From Candidatus Omnitrophota bacterium (lineage in GTDB: Bacteria > Omnitrophota > Gorgyraeia > Zapsychrales > JAHFFX01), in NCBI GenBank assembly GCA_023247725.1, contig JAHFFW010000011.1, positions 5,089 to 69,088 on the forward strand: DNA of 64,000 bases. Reading direction: 5' to 3'. Below the pieces are notes generated by a model, which did no database searches, was not told the DNA's origin, and saw only the letters and a program-made list of their open reading frames with translations. Positions within the stretch are counted from its first letter, which is position 1. Each line of letters begins with the position of its first letter. The position numbers and the translations under genes were made by a program. Below, in pieces: positions 63,490-64,000 of the stretch.

Positions 63490-64000
63490 TGTTGAATAAT
63501 TTTTTCATCGATGGTAAAAGTCTCTGCCGCATAACCGGCCAAAAGCGCCCGGTCGCAAATGACATTAATAAGGCGAGGAGTTCCTCCGGAATGAGCAAAG
63601 ATTGCCTCCAAGGCCGGCGAGGTAAAATTCAATTGGCCGTTGGCCCCGGCCACTTTCAAACGATGCAAGATGTAGTCTTTGGTTTCGTTTCGTTCCAGGG
63701 GAAGCATATGAAATCGGACGGCGATGCGCTGATTGAGTTGGCGCAAAGAAGGCAGCTTTAATTTTTCCATCAATTCCGGCTGTCCGACGAGGATAATTTG
63801 TAAGAGTTTTTGCTTTTCAGTTTCTAGATTGGATAATAAACGGACCTGTTCGAGTTGAGTGGGCTTAAGATTTTGTGCCTCATCAATGATGAGCGCCACA
63901 TTGTGGCCTCGAGCCGATTCCTTGATGAGGAATTCATTCAAGGTGGAGATCAGATTGAATTTGCTCTGTTCTTTAAAAACGATTCCTAAATCCTTGATGA
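63468..64000 (-). CDS. ExeA/GspA/MshM-like AAA ATPase, 5'-truncated by window end
   Basis: Walker B ...VALIIDEAQNL..., then ...LLSNLETEKQKLLQIILVGQPEL...SGGTPRLIN... typical of GspA/ExeA. The N-terminal Walker A lies beyond position 64000. Confidence 0.6.
   Translation of the reverse strand, partial: IKDLGIVFKEQSKFNLISTLNEFLIKESARGHNVALIIDEAQNLKPTQLEQVRLLSNLETEKQKLLQIILVGQPELMEKLKLPSLRQLNQRIAVRFHMLPLERNETKDYILHRLKVAGANGQLNFTSPALEAIFAHSGGTPRLINVICDRALLAGYAAETFTIDEKIIQQCVEEIL

Overview
This is a single-strand-biased bacterial chromosomal segment of roughly 50% GC from a lineage I cannot identify. S14 type Z, the absence of L30 and the contiguous str/S10/spc/alpha layout point to a non-proteobacterial, possibly uncultivated group. 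Its core is a nearly complete translation/transcription super-operon, all on the + strand: rpsA-tyrS, a hicBA pair, tRNA-Thr, rpmG, tRNA-Trp, secE-nusG, rplKAJL, rpoBC, rpsLG-fusA-tuf, and the S10/spc/alpha operons through rplQ. Downstream lie housekeeping genes (an aspartate aminotransferase, pilT, an isocitrate dehydrogenase-like gene, lipB, glycolipid glycosyltransferases, aroQ-pepP-efp-accBC, Asp23/AmaP, pfkA, gmhA/heptose adenylyltransferase, thiE, tRNA-Gly) and a tight six-gene operon of nucleotide-acting enzymes (AAA+ ATPase, YfcE phosphoesterase, HIT, dGTPase-like HD, GAF-HD-GYP). After these come a SPOR protein, an SH3b protein, an M50 protease, aroB, and a minus-strand ExeA/GspA-like pair at the window end. 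The features least explained by ordinary annotation are: a standalone NusG-KOW paralog coupled to nusG, a standalone lipoyl-domain gene coupled to lipB, the coupled nucleotide-enzyme operon, a triple direct repeat of the tRNA-Thr 5' leader beside hicBA, and a structured 117-bp spacer inside the S10 operon. No CRISPR array, transposase or rRNA was seen. All calls rest on reading the translated ORFs and the raw sequence; no database search was possible.
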